Below, piece by piece: positions 7,775 to 16,090 of a stretch of DNA of 34,069 nucleotides; the stretch's first letter is position 1; every line of letters starts with the position of its first letter. The notes beneath the pieces are model-generated. The model searched no databases, had not been told where the DNA came from, and worked only from the letters and a program-made list of their open reading frames with translations. The stretch lies in IMG/VR virus record IMGVR_UViG_3300032155_000022, positions 1 to 34,069 of that record; one strand, 5' to 3'. Source of the stretch: a virus (lineage: Duplodnaviria > Caudoviricetes). Both the position numbers and the translations under genes were made by a program.

Positions 7775-10694
7775 GACCCGCGCGCGGGCGCTGGATATGC
7801 TCGGGCGGCAGCAGATAGCAGGAATACCAACAGCAATCAGCGAGCTTTTTAAAAACGCTCATGACGCATACGCCGACAGGGTGGAGGTAGATTACTACCG
7901 CTCTGATCGGCTTTTTGTTTTGCGTGATGACGGCGTGGGCATGACGGAAGAAGAGTTTCTTGCCCGCTGGCTCACCCTGGGTACGGAAAGCAAGGTGATT
8001 CGCAAGGGAGTGAAGCCCCCTCCCAAGGCGCCCGGTAAGCCGGTGCGTGTGCTGCTGGGCGAAAAAGGCGTGGGGCGTCTTGCTATAGCCATTATCGGGC
8101 CGCAGGTGCTGGTGCTTTCCCGTGCGGTGCGTGATGGCAAGCTGTGTGATCTGGTGGCCGCGTTCATTAACTGGGGGTTCTTTGAGCTGCCGGGCGTTGA
8201 TCTGGATCAGATTGAGATTCCGGTGCGTACTTTTCCCGTGGGAAGTGTGCCCACGGCAGATGATCTGCAATGCATGGTGGACGAGGCTCGTTCCAGCCTG
8301 AAGACGCTGCGGGAAATAATTGATGATGAGTATTACGACAGAATCAGCAGCGAGTTGGATTCATTCGTTCTTAATCCTGTTGAAATAGATGAATATGTGG
8401 ACGGTCTGGGCTTGGCAGATGGGCATGGGACTCATTTTGTTATTATGCCTGCTTCTGAACTCCTTAACTCAGATATCGATGACGGATGGGATACTTACTC
8501 TGCTCCAAACTTGTTCAAAATGCTGCGCGGTTTTTCGAATACCATGACTCCATATCATGCGGAGCCGGTGGTAAAAACAGCATTCAGAGATCACAAAACG
8601 GACGATAGCTATGAAGATCTGCTGTCTGATATTTCTTTTTTTACGCCGGATGAGTTTAAGAATGCAGACCACACTATCTGCGGGTGTTTTGATAAGTATG
8701 GTCAGTTCAGAGGGAATGTTTCAGTTTATGGTAAGGAGTACAAAGATCATATTGTCTCCTGGAAGGGCGGGCATGGTTTCCCGGCACGATGCGGCTCTTT
8801 TTCCATAGAGCTTGCAACAGTTCAGGGGGCTGCCAGAGAGAGTACGTTGCCTCTGGAGGACTGGGGGAATCTGATACAGAAGATGAATCGATACGGCGGA
8901 CTTTATATATACAGAGATGGTGTCCGTATGTTGCCGTATGGTAATACTGATTTTGACTGGCTTGATATTGAGCAGAACAGAACAAAAAGTGCTTCTTATT
9001 ATTTTTTTTCGTATAGGCGAATGTTCGGTGTTGTCAGCGTTTCGAGCAAAAAAAATGAGAACCTTACTGAAAAAGCAGGTAGAGAGGGGTTCCGAGAAAA
9101 TGCAGCATACCGGGATTTGAAAAGCATTCTGAAGAATTTCTTTGTTCAGCTTGCAGCTGATTTCTTCCGTAAAGATTCTCCTGAAGATTTTCATCGTCAA
9201 AAGGTCGATGAATTCAATGAGCTGGCCAGAGCTCGGGATATGCGTGAGCAGCAAATAACAGCAAAGCGCGGCAAGCTGCTCGATGAGCTAGCTTTATTTT
9301 TCCAACGGTACGACGCAGGCGAACCGCAGGAGAAGGTTGCTGAGCTCATTCATAGTATCCGCGGTGAAATTGCAATTGCACTTGCCAGGAGCGACCCTGC
9401 GGATGCCGCAGAAGCTCTGATGGAGGCGGAAGAGAATGCCCGGCGTGGTCTGGTGGCCCTTGAATCGCGTTACACCATTGCAAAGCCTCGCATAGGCCTT
9501 ACCAAAAAGCTGACAAAAGAATGGGATGATTATTGCGGTGCTTTTGCCAAGCTGAAGGATAACGTGTTTGCAGAGGCCCGCCAGCTGGTTGAAGGCGAGG
9601 TGCAGGAGCGGGCAGCAGAGGCAAAGGTTGCGCTCAGCAGGCGGCTGCGTATTGAGCGTTCGTTGAATGCCATATCCAGCGACGCGAAAAAGGTTGCCAG
9701 GTCAGAGAAAAAGGCCACGGACGAACGTGCCGCCGTGGTTAATCTGGCTGTGCTGGATGCTGCCAAGCAGAGTGTGGTGCGTGTGAATCAGACCATGGCG
9801 CAGGTGTTTGCCGATTTTGCCCGCCTGGATGTGACGGAAATGGATGATGCCTCTGTTGTGGATACCCGCAACCGGCTGGAGTCCTCGCTTATTACCGTAC
9901 GGGATAATGAACGGGCTTTCATGCAGTCGCTGCAGAGCCAGCTGGAGGCCATAGATACCTCCGGCGGCCCTTCGTATATTGAACAGATGGAGGCGCTGGA
10001 GCAGCGCACCATTGCACTGGAAGAACAGGCAGGGCTGGATCTGCAGCTCACCCAGTTGGGTATGGCCATAGAGGTTATCAACCACGAATTTGATTCCAGC
10101 ATCCGCTCCATCCGGAATCATATCCGCCGCCTGAAGGGCTGGGCGGATATTAACGAAGGGCTGGAGGGGGTCTATCAGGGCATCCGGAACAGCTTTGAAC
10201 ACCTGGACGGATATCTCTCATTGTTCACCCCTCTGCACCGGCGGCTGTACCGGAAGGAGATTGTTATTGAGGGTGTGGATGTTTTCAAATTTCTGAATGA
10301 TCTGTTCAGCGAGCGCTTCCGGAGGCATGAGGTATGCATGGAAGCAACGTCTGCCTTTAAAAAGGCCGAGATTATCGGCTTTCCTTCGTCATTCTATCCG
10401 GTGTTCGTGAACCTGGTGGATAATGCCGTGTTCTGGCTGAAAGACCAGCCGGAGCGCCTTATCACGCTGGATGCACGGGACGGCACACTGATAGTGAAAG
10501 ATTCCGGGCCGGGGATACCGGAGCGGGACCGGGAGTCTGTGTTTGAACTGGGCTTTTCACGAAAGCCCGGTGGCCGTGGTATGGGGCTGCATATCTCACG
10601 GGAAGTTCTTTCCCGTGTGGAATACAATCTCACTTTGGCTCCAGCCAGCAGGGGGGCGGAGTTCCATATCGAACCTAGAAAGAATGCGGAGTAG
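7761..10694 (+). CDS. MORC/HSP90-like GHKL ATPase fused via coiled coil to a histidine kinase module
   Basis: N-terminal ELFKNAHDA, DDGVGM, GEKGVGR; S5-like middle (IYRDGVRMLPYG, EKAGREG); long coiled coil; H-box-like INHEF; HATPase_c NLVDNA, DSGPGI, FSRKPGGRGMGL. Confidence 0.88.
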   Translation: MATFKTRARALDMLGRQQIAGIPTAISELFKNAHDAYADRVEVDYYRSDRLFVLRDDGVGMTEEEFLARWLTLGTESKVIRKGVKPPPKAPGKPVRVLLGEKGVGRLAIAIIGPQVLVLSRAVRDGKLCDLVAAFINWGFFELPGVDLDQIEIPVRTFPVGSVPTADDLQCMVDEARSSLKTLREIIDDEYYDRISSELDSFVLNPVEIDEYVDGLGLADGHGTHFVIMPASELLNSDIDDGWDTYSAPNLFKMLRGFSNTMTPYHAEPVVKTAFRDHKTDDSYEDLLSDISFFTPDEFKNADHTICGCFDKYGQFRGNVSVYGKEYKDHIVSWKGGHGFPARCGSFSIELATVQGAARESTLPLEDWGNLIQKMNRYGGLYIYRDGVRMLPYGNTDFDWLDIEQNRTKSASYYFFSYRRMFGVVSVSSKKNENLTEKAGREGFRENAAYRDLKSILKNFFVQLAADFFRKDSPEDFHRQKVDEFNELARARDMREQQITAKRGKLLDELALFFQRYDAGEPQEKVAELIHSIRGEIAIALARSDPADAAEALMEAEENARRGLVALESRYTIAKPRIGLTKKLTKEWDDYCGAFAKLKDNVFAEARQLVEGEVQERAAEAKVALSRRLRIERSLNAISSDAKKVARSEKKATDERAAVVNLAVLDAAKQSVVRVNQTMAQVFADFARLDVTEMDDASVVDTRNRLESSLITVRDNERAFMQSLQSQLEAIDTSGGPSYIEQMEALEQRTIALEEQAGLDLQLTQLGMAIEVINHEFDSSIRSIRNHIRRLKGWADINEGLEGVYQGIRNSFEHLDGYLSLFTPLHRRLYRKEIVIEGVDVFKFLNDLFSERFRRHEVCMEATSAFKKAEIIGFPSSFYPVFVNLVDNAVFWLKDQPERLITLDARDGTLIVKDSGPGIPERDRESVFELGFSRKPGGRGMGLHISREVLSRVEYNLTLAPASRGAEFHIEPRKNAE

Positions 10695-10699
10695 TGGGG

Positions 10700-12310
10700 A
10701 TGCCTACTTTTCAGGAAATAGCAGAGCAAACTGTTGCGTCGTTTTTGAATAGTGTAGTTGTTATTGATGACCGAGCTTTCTTGGGAAAGGCCGTAGAAAC
10801 TGTGCAACCCCAGAAGGCCGTTGCGCCGGGTCGTGGAGGGCAGAAAGCAGAGGTGGTGGTTGAGGCTGTTGCCGCCAAGGGTGATTTTCAAGATATTGAT
10901 ACCCAGAGCGTTATTGAAGCCTTTGCCTCAAATGGATTGGTTTGTTCTGTGCTGAGTGGAAAGAGTGATGTGGCTCTTGCTGCTGCCAAGGCAGCAGATG
11001 TTGTCATTATTGATTGGCAGATGGATGGGGATGACGGAGCGCGTGCTAAGGAACTCATCGTCAAGTTGCTTGAGTCCGATGATGGTAATCGCTCTCGATT
11101 TATCAGCATTTACTCTGGCGTTAGGGATCTGGACACGATAGCTGGCAAGCTTAAAGAGCAGGATGTGCTGAAGAAATTCACTCTCAGGGATGATTTTTCC
11201 TTGGTTAAGGATAATGTCTTTATAACCGTGCTGTCTAAAAGTGGCGGGGCATCTGCTGTTGCATGGCCGTTGCGGGCAGTGGCAAACACAGATCTCCCGG
11301 CTAGGATTATTTCTGAGTATGCCTCTGTTAATATGGGGTTGCTTGAACATGCTTCAATAAGTGCTTTGGCTGCTATTCGTAGGAACACTCATTGTCTGAT
11401 AAGCAGGTTTTCAAAAGAGCTTGATGCTCCGTTTGTCTCACACAGGGTATATTCTGATCCAATAGAGGATGTGAAAAACCAAGTCGCCCCTTTTATTGCT
11501 TCAGAGTTACAGGCAATAATAGAGCAGTCTGGATTAAGTGATGGATTGTGTAGAGATGTGATTTGTAAGTGGGTGGATAGTGGGGCAAAGAAAGGTTTAA
11601 GGTGCAGTATTGTTGGACGCGGATCTGTTGATGAAGTTGCGACTATTGCAAAATACTATATAGAGAACGGTGCTGGTTCTAAAGTTCCACAAGGTGTGGA
11701 CGGAATGATTGCTGGGGCACATAGTGCTTTGCACTCAAAGAGTGCAAAGAAAGCAGCAGTGTTTACACAGCTGTTGGGAAGTGCAGATCCAGTTGTTGAT
11801 GAGAAGAAATTTGCTGCGTTAACTTGTTTAGTCTCATCGTATGGCCAGCGACCTCCGTCTCTAGGTCCCGGGACAATCGTTTTTGATGGTGCAAAGTACT
11901 ATTTGTGTGTGATGCCTGCATGTGATTCTGCAAGGGTTCCAGAAGAGGGTAGGGCGTTCCCGTTTTTATTGCTTAAGCCTGATGAGGATGATTGCGCGTT
12001 CATTGTGCCCGATGGCCAGAATTATTTAGGGATGAATGTTGAGTTAAAAACCTATAAGGGAATTAACCCGCTTTTTAAGCCTGAGATTGCTAATCGGGAT
12101 ATTGTGGCGAATAAATGCCCTGCGTCGGGTAAATGGTGTTTCGTAAGCGATACTGGGATAAAAAAGGTTTATTACTGTATTGCCACCTTAAAACCTGCCC
12201 ATGCACAGAATATAATTAATGCTTGGGCGGCTCATAGCTCCCGGGTCGGGTTGACTGAATCCGCGTGGTTGCAGGCGAGGAAGTCGAAAGTTTTTGGTGG
12301 GAAGAAGTAG
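10700..12310 (+). CDS. Response-regulator receiver-domain protein with uncharacterised C-terminal region
   Basis: VVVIDD acidic pocket and VVIIDW phosphoacceptor-like Asp; 5 nt after the kinase stop; C-terminal YYLCVMPACD motif. Confidence 0.8.
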   Translation: MPTFQEIAEQTVASFLNSVVVIDDRAFLGKAVETVQPQKAVAPGRGGQKAEVVVEAVAAKGDFQDIDTQSVIEAFASNGLVCSVLSGKSDVALAAAKAADVVIIDWQMDGDDGARAKELIVKLLESDDGNRSRFISIYSGVRDLDTIAGKLKEQDVLKKFTLRDDFSLVKDNVFITVLSKSGGASAVAWPLRAVANTDLPARIISEYASVNMGLLEHASISALAAIRRNTHCLISRFSKELDAPFVSHRVYSDPIEDVKNQVAPFIASELQAIIEQSGLSDGLCRDVICKWVDSGAKKGLRCSIVGRGSVDEVATIAKYYIENGAGSKVPQGVDGMIAGAHSALHSKSAKKAAVFTQLLGSADPVVDEKKFAALTCLVSSYGQRPPSLGPGTIVFDGAKYYLCVMPACDSARVPEEGRAFPFLLLKPDEDDCAFIVPDGQNYLGMNVELKTYKGINPLFKPEIANRDIVANKCPASGKWCFVSDTGIKKVYYCIATLKPAHAQNIINAWAAHSSRVGLTESAWLQARKSKVFGGKK

Positions 12311-12329
12311 TTTTAGGAGTGAAAAGTAC

Positions 12330-12362
12330 AAGGCCGGAGCTGGTGGCGCCGGCCTTTTTTTT
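12330..12362 (+). terminator. Intrinsic terminator
   Basis: AAGGCCGG-agctggtggcg-CCGGCCTTTTTTTT between convergent genes. Confidence 0.8.
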
Positions 12363-14154
12363 ATAATTTCTCTGCTATTTTTCCAACAAGGTCGCTTATT
12401 TCTTCTGTACAGAAATCTGCATCGTTGATTAAATTTCTGAATGCGTATGTAATAGATTCGGCCGTTGAAGTTTCAAACATATCTTGTGAGAGGTCTGCGA
12501 TTTTTCTTTTGTAGTATTCTGCTTTATTTTCAGTGTCTTCAGGATGTTCTTTGGTCCAGGCAAACTCTTCAGGTGTTACGCAAGGGAGGAAGAACACTTG
12601 TTCGTTGTAGAATTCTAGAAATTTTAATTGTAAGTCTATCTTTTCTTGTTCCTTGTTTGGGCCACTATTGGTGAAGAATTTGACGTCGCATCCAGTCAGT
12701 TCTTTTATTTTGTCGTCAAGATTTTCGTACTCTGCAGGTGGAATGGTATCAGGGGCAACTGGGGATGCAAGCTTCTTGTCTCCATCAAGGATTACAATTG
12801 GCTTGTTATCCATGCTGGAAAATGACGGAAAATACTTACTTATTAATGTTTCAGCTCCGCCTGGTATGAATTTTATTGTGATTGATTCAATGAGAGCAGG
12901 GGTGTTCTCTTTAATAGCTTTTTCTAGATATATTTTTGCAAAATTATCTTCAACATAAATTTCTTGTTTATCGCTTCGTGAGAACCCTATGGCCATGGCT
13001 GCTTCATCGTAGTAAGATGTATTTGTTATCGTTATGTCGTTGTTTGTTTCATGATATTCGAGTGTTTTAATTGCTTCTGGTGGTAGTGAACTGAAAAAAA
13101 ACGGTGAATGTGTCGTTATCACGATTTGATGCTTTTTATTTTTGATTTCCTGTAGCAAGTATTTTAGTAGCTTGAGTTGGGCTTTGGGATGTAGTGATAC
13201 TTCGGGTTCGTCTAGAAGTATCAGTGATTTGTTGGGAGCGTTGTGTATTTTGTGAACTGTGTTTGCAATGGCAAATTCTCCGCTTCCGGCAAAAGCTTCG
13301 GAATATTTGTCGTCAGACTTGCTTAGTATGATTGATGTTCCAGTGTGATCGGCATCACTCTTTGCGCTGTATAGAGAATGCTCTATTATAATGCCTTTTG
13401 TGTAGTTGTAGTCTAGAATTTCAGATATTATTTCAAGCTCTTTGTCTGTGAGTTCTTTGTTTGATCTCACTCTGTTTTTTCTGTGAAAATTGAGAACTTG
13501 TCTTCCGCTGCTGATCACAGACTGAAGATGCTTTGATCTGCTTCGTATAAAATCTTGCGCTGTTTTTGTCTTTGATCCAGTATTGAAGTCGGAGAAGTAA
13601 AAGCATTTATCGTAGGCGCTGAGCGCAGATCTGAAGTCTATGTACTCGACATTTTTTTGAATCGTATTCCATCTTGTTATGGAGCGGAATTTTGATTCTG
13701 GATTGCCCTCTTTAAACTTGCCCATTCTCTTCATGCCATACTTGGCAAGGGGTCTAGAGGGTTCCCAGTAGTCTGGATTGTTTTGTCGCTTAATTCGTGT
13801 TTTGATTACTTCTACGTCCTTGTTGATTTCTGGAATAGTGTAACCGTATATGTAGCAGTTTGCTGCGCCTTTTATGGGGTCAACTGTCGTTGAAAACCAG
13901 TATGTTCCGGTGCTGTTGTCTCCTGGGGTTCCATATATGGCGTGAATGATGGAGCTTTTGTTGCATCCGTTCTTCCCTACGAGGACGGTAATGGGGAAGT
14001 CGAAGGTGATTGCTTCGTTTGGACGGATCCGTTTGTATAGTGGGAATCGTATATAGTTGATGAAAGGTTGAAATTGTTTTTTGTTGCCAGTAAAAGCTCT
14101 TTTTATTTTGTGTACTAGCTGTGAGATTTCTTCCGAGAGAGTTGTGTTGGGCAC
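12361..14154 (-). CDS. OLD-family-like ATP-dependent nuclease (ABC ATPase + TOPRIM)
   Basis: Walker A-like GKNGCNKS, signature-like AGSGE, Walker B/D-loop LLDEPEVSLHP, ITTHSP; TOPRIM IYVED and ILDGD; AT-rich; GTG start with GAGG SD. Confidence 0.8.
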   Translation of the reverse strand: MPNTTLSEEISQLVHKIKRAFTGNKKQFQPFINYIRFPLYKRIRPNEAITFDFPITVLVGKNGCNKSSIIHAIYGTPGDNSTGTYWFSTTVDPIKGAANCYIYGYTIPEINKDVEVIKTRIKRQNNPDYWEPSRPLAKYGMKRMGKFKEGNPESKFRSITRWNTIQKNVEYIDFRSALSAYDKCFYFSDFNTGSKTKTAQDFIRSRSKHLQSVISSGRQVLNFHRKNRVRSNKELTDKELEIISEILDYNYTKGIIIEHSLYSAKSDADHTGTSIILSKSDDKYSEAFAGSGEFAIANTVHKIHNAPNKSLILLDEPEVSLHPKAQLKLLKYLLQEIKNKKHQIVITTHSPFFFSSLPPEAIKTLEYHETNNDITITNTSYYDEAAMAIGFSRSDKQEIYVEDNFAKIYLEKAIKENTPALIESITIKFIPGGAETLISKYFPSFSSMDNKPIVILDGDKKLASPVAPDTIPPAEYENLDDKIKELTGCDVKFFTNSGPNKEQEKIDLQLKFLEFYNEQVFFLPCVTPEEFAWTKEHPEDTENKAEYYKRKIADLSQDMFETSTAESITYAFRNLINDADFCTEEISDLVGKIAEKL

Positions 14155-14245
14155 GTGAGACCTCTGATTTTTTTTGGTTATTTATATAGGTTGATTTAAA
14201 TTCTTTCAATGCTCATTTCCCCCATTCCCCCCCCCTCTCTCTCTC

Positions 14246-14275
14246 TTGACTTTCCCCCCCATCATCCCCCATACT
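14246..14275 (+). promoter_or_regulatory. Sigma70-like promoter of C4 module 1
   Basis: TTGACT-N18-CATACT; same architecture as 30193-30222. Confidence 0.6.
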
Positions 14276-14286
14276 CTCCACTAGGT

Positions 14287-14342
14287 GCTCGAAACGCCTT
14301 GAATCCACAGCGGCCTCCGCTCCCGTAAGAAGTGGTTTTTTT
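14287..14342 (+). promoter_or_regulatory. C4 upstream target (a1/b1) with attenuator hairpin
   Basis: GCTCGAAAC (14287-14295) and TCCACAG (14304-14310) are exact complements of 14466-14474 and 14457-14463; followed by CCGCT...AGTGG-T7. Confidence 0.7.
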
Positions 14343-14402
14343 GCGCCCGGTGATCAGGCTTGTCCTGTGTCATGCGTGGGCCTCGCTTATGTGCCAACTT
14401 TT

Positions 14403-14482
14403 GGCCGGGAGTGCGAAGGCTATACAACACCCGCAAGGGGAAATCCTTCCGCCGTTCTGTGGACGGTTTCGAGCTCCCGGCC
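14403..14482 (+). ncRNA. C4/P4-CI-like antisense RNA (module 1)
   Basis: Closing stem GGCCGGGAG/CTCCCGGCC, arm GAAGG...CCC-GCAA-GGG...CCTTC, arm CCGT-TCTGTGG-ACGG, bulge TTTCGAG; complementary targets up- and downstream. Confidence 0.8.
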
Positions 14483-14510
14483 TCTTCTATTTTCAGCAGG
14501 GGCCAACCAA

Positions 14511-14533
14511 CTCGAAAATACCCACAGAGGAGG
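14511..14533 (+). promoter_or_regulatory. C4 downstream target (a2/b2) abutting the RBS
   Basis: CTCGAAA (14511-14517) and CCACAGA (14522-14528) run into AGGAGG before ATG 14540. Confidence 0.75.
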
Positions 14534-14539
14534 TGCCCC

Positions 14540-14731
14540 ATGGCACACGACGCAACCCCCACCCCTTACGCTCCCGCCCAGTATGCAGACGACCTGCGCG
14601 ATGCCGCCATGTTTCTGGACATGGCGCGGACATCCGGAACCCTTGATGCGCTTACGGCCAACGTGCTGGATGGTGTTATCGACACGCTGAACGGCGTTGC
14701 CGACAGCATGGACGCGGAGGTGGAAGCATGA
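14540..14731 (+). CDS. Small acidic protein under C4-like control (63 aa)
   Basis: Strong SD; 12 D/E vs 2 K/R; ATGA overlap with next ORF. Confidence 0.75.
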   Translation: MAHDATPTPYAPAQYADDLRDAAMFLDMARTSGTLDALTANVLDGVIDTLNGVADSMDAEVEA

Positions 14732-14943
14732 ACCAGCCGCCCGAAATCCATTATGTGAATGACCCTGTTGGCCGTCTGTACGGTCTGGCCTGCTCCATGC
14801 GCAGGCTGGCGGATCTGCTGGATTGTGACGATGATCCGTTTTCCACGCTGGTGCGTCTGATCGGCGAGGATATCGAGAACTGCGCCGTCATCCTGGATGA
14901 GGGGCCGGATACGGATGCTGAAAGCGGCTGGGAATTGCCTTAG
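14728..14943 (+). CDS. Small acidic protein (71 aa), paralog of 30465-30818
   Basis: Coupled to the previous ORF; RLY...RLIGE..E.CA core shared with the 30465 ORF. Confidence 0.75.
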   Translation: MNQPPEIHYVNDPVGRLYGLACSMRRLADLLDCDDDPFSTLVRLIGEDIENCAVILDEGPDTDAESGWELP

Positions 14944-14954
14944 ATGATGAAATG

Positions 14955-14985
14955 AAAAAGCCCCGGTTTAGGCCGGGGCTTTTTT
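14955..14985. terminator. Bidirectional intrinsic terminator
   Basis: AAAAAGCCCCGG-tttagg-CCGGGGCTTTTTT. Confidence 0.8.
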
Positions 14986-15753
14986 GTTTTGTTCTGTGTT
15001 TTGTTCTGTGTCTTGTTGTAGTTGTTGGCAGTATTTTAAGGAATTTTGATATTTATCATAAACTTGACCAAGTCCTTTGATTAGTATATCGAGAGTTTCT
15101 TTGATTAGTGAAATCTTTACTTCATTGGTATGTTCTGTTTCTGGTTTGAGTAGGTCTTTTAAGTTGTTTTTTATTCTATCTATGCTTGCGTGTACCATTA
15201 TTGAATGTTTATAGAAATCAAATGTGTTTGCGTCAAGTGAAGAAATATTGTGTGCTTTCATATCTATGTGTCTAGATAGATCCTTGGATGTTTTGTCCAG
15301 AACTTCGTTTGCTTCATATAGAAAAATTTCTATACCCGATCCATCATCAATATTGTGTTCTTTTCTGTCGCTTTCTTTGTATTTGTATATTCGATTAAAA
15401 CTTTGAAGTTCTTTTAGTTGTGATGTATAATTTATGTTGTGTAAATGATCAAATTGTTGTATTTTAGTAAGTTTTAAAAGTGAATATAGTGATTTTGCTT
15501 GATTTGATTTTTTTTCTTGATCTTTGTATATTTTTGATGAAGTGTTTGCAGCATAAATACCGCCTGTAAATGCAATGGCACCTGCAAAAAATGTCGCGAC
15601 TGCTGAAAGTACTCCATTCAAATCTAATTTTGAATCATACGGTAGCAATTTTAGTACGACGCTTGTGTGCGCACCTCCAACAACCATTCCGAGCATGAAA
15701 AAAAAAATGGAAAATGCAATATGGGGAGCATGGTCCTTCAGAAAATTTTTCAT
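14968..15753 (-). CDS. AT-rich membrane protein (two N-terminal TM segments + helical domain), moron
   Basis: Hydrophobic IAFSIFFFMLGMVVGG and VLSAVATFFAGAIAFTGGIYAA; very low GC relative to the phage core. Confidence 0.75.
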   Translation of the reverse strand: MKNFLKDHAPHIAFSIFFFMLGMVVGGAHTSVVLKLLPYDSKLDLNGVLSAVATFFAGAIAFTGGIYAANTSSKIYKDQEKKSNQAKSLYSLLKLTKIQQFDHLHNINYTSQLKELQSFNRIYKYKESDRKEHNIDDGSGIEIFLYEANEVLDKTSKDLSRHIDMKAHNISSLDANTFDFYKHSIMVHASIDRIKNNLKDLLKPETEHTNEVKISLIKETLDILIKGLGQVYDKYQNSLKYCQQLQQDTEQNTEQNKKAPA

Positions 15754-15776
15754 TAGCTAATCTCAGTATTGCAGGT

Positions 15777-16034
15777 TTAGGCTTGAATCGACGCAAACAG
15801 CTTCTGCTGCTGCGTCCTGCTGTACCCTTTCAGCCGTTCCCGAACGGACTCCGGCATATCAAGGGCTGACGGTGAGAGGGTGTGCGAGAACTCCATGCTC
15901 ACCACAAAGGTATGCCCGCACTCCACATTCTTGCACATGCAATAGAGCTGCTTGAGCGAGTCGGAAATCTCTTTGCTGGAATCGATTACGGCGGCGCTGC
16001 CGCATCTGTTACACCGCACCAAAACAGGTCTCAT
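15777..16034 (-). CDS. ogr: Ogr/Delta-like zinc-finger late transcription activator
   Basis: CNRCG...LYCMCKNVECGHTFV...HTLSPS motif. Confidence 0.9.
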   Translation of the reverse strand: MRPVLVRCNRCGSAAVIDSSKEISDSLKQLYCMCKNVECGHTFVVSMEFSHTLSPSALDMPESVRERLKGYSRTQQQKLFASIQA

Positions 16035-16090
16035 AGTGGTTCCCTCATGCAAAAGACACTATTGCCCATCCCATAGCCCTGTCAATCCTT

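Noticed and set aside
6653-12310. Ordinary two-component system or complete type II R-M system
   Set aside because: The kinase lacks TM/sensor domains and carries a MORC-like ATPase, the receiver lacks a typical output HTH, and no restriction endonuclease motif was recognised.
14332-14690. Longer overlapping ORFs across the C4 RNA (14332-14646, 14360 start, 14367-14690; Ash-like reading)
   Set aside because: No SD, and the sequence is explained by RNA structure; the strong SD and a2/b2 site point to ATG 14540.
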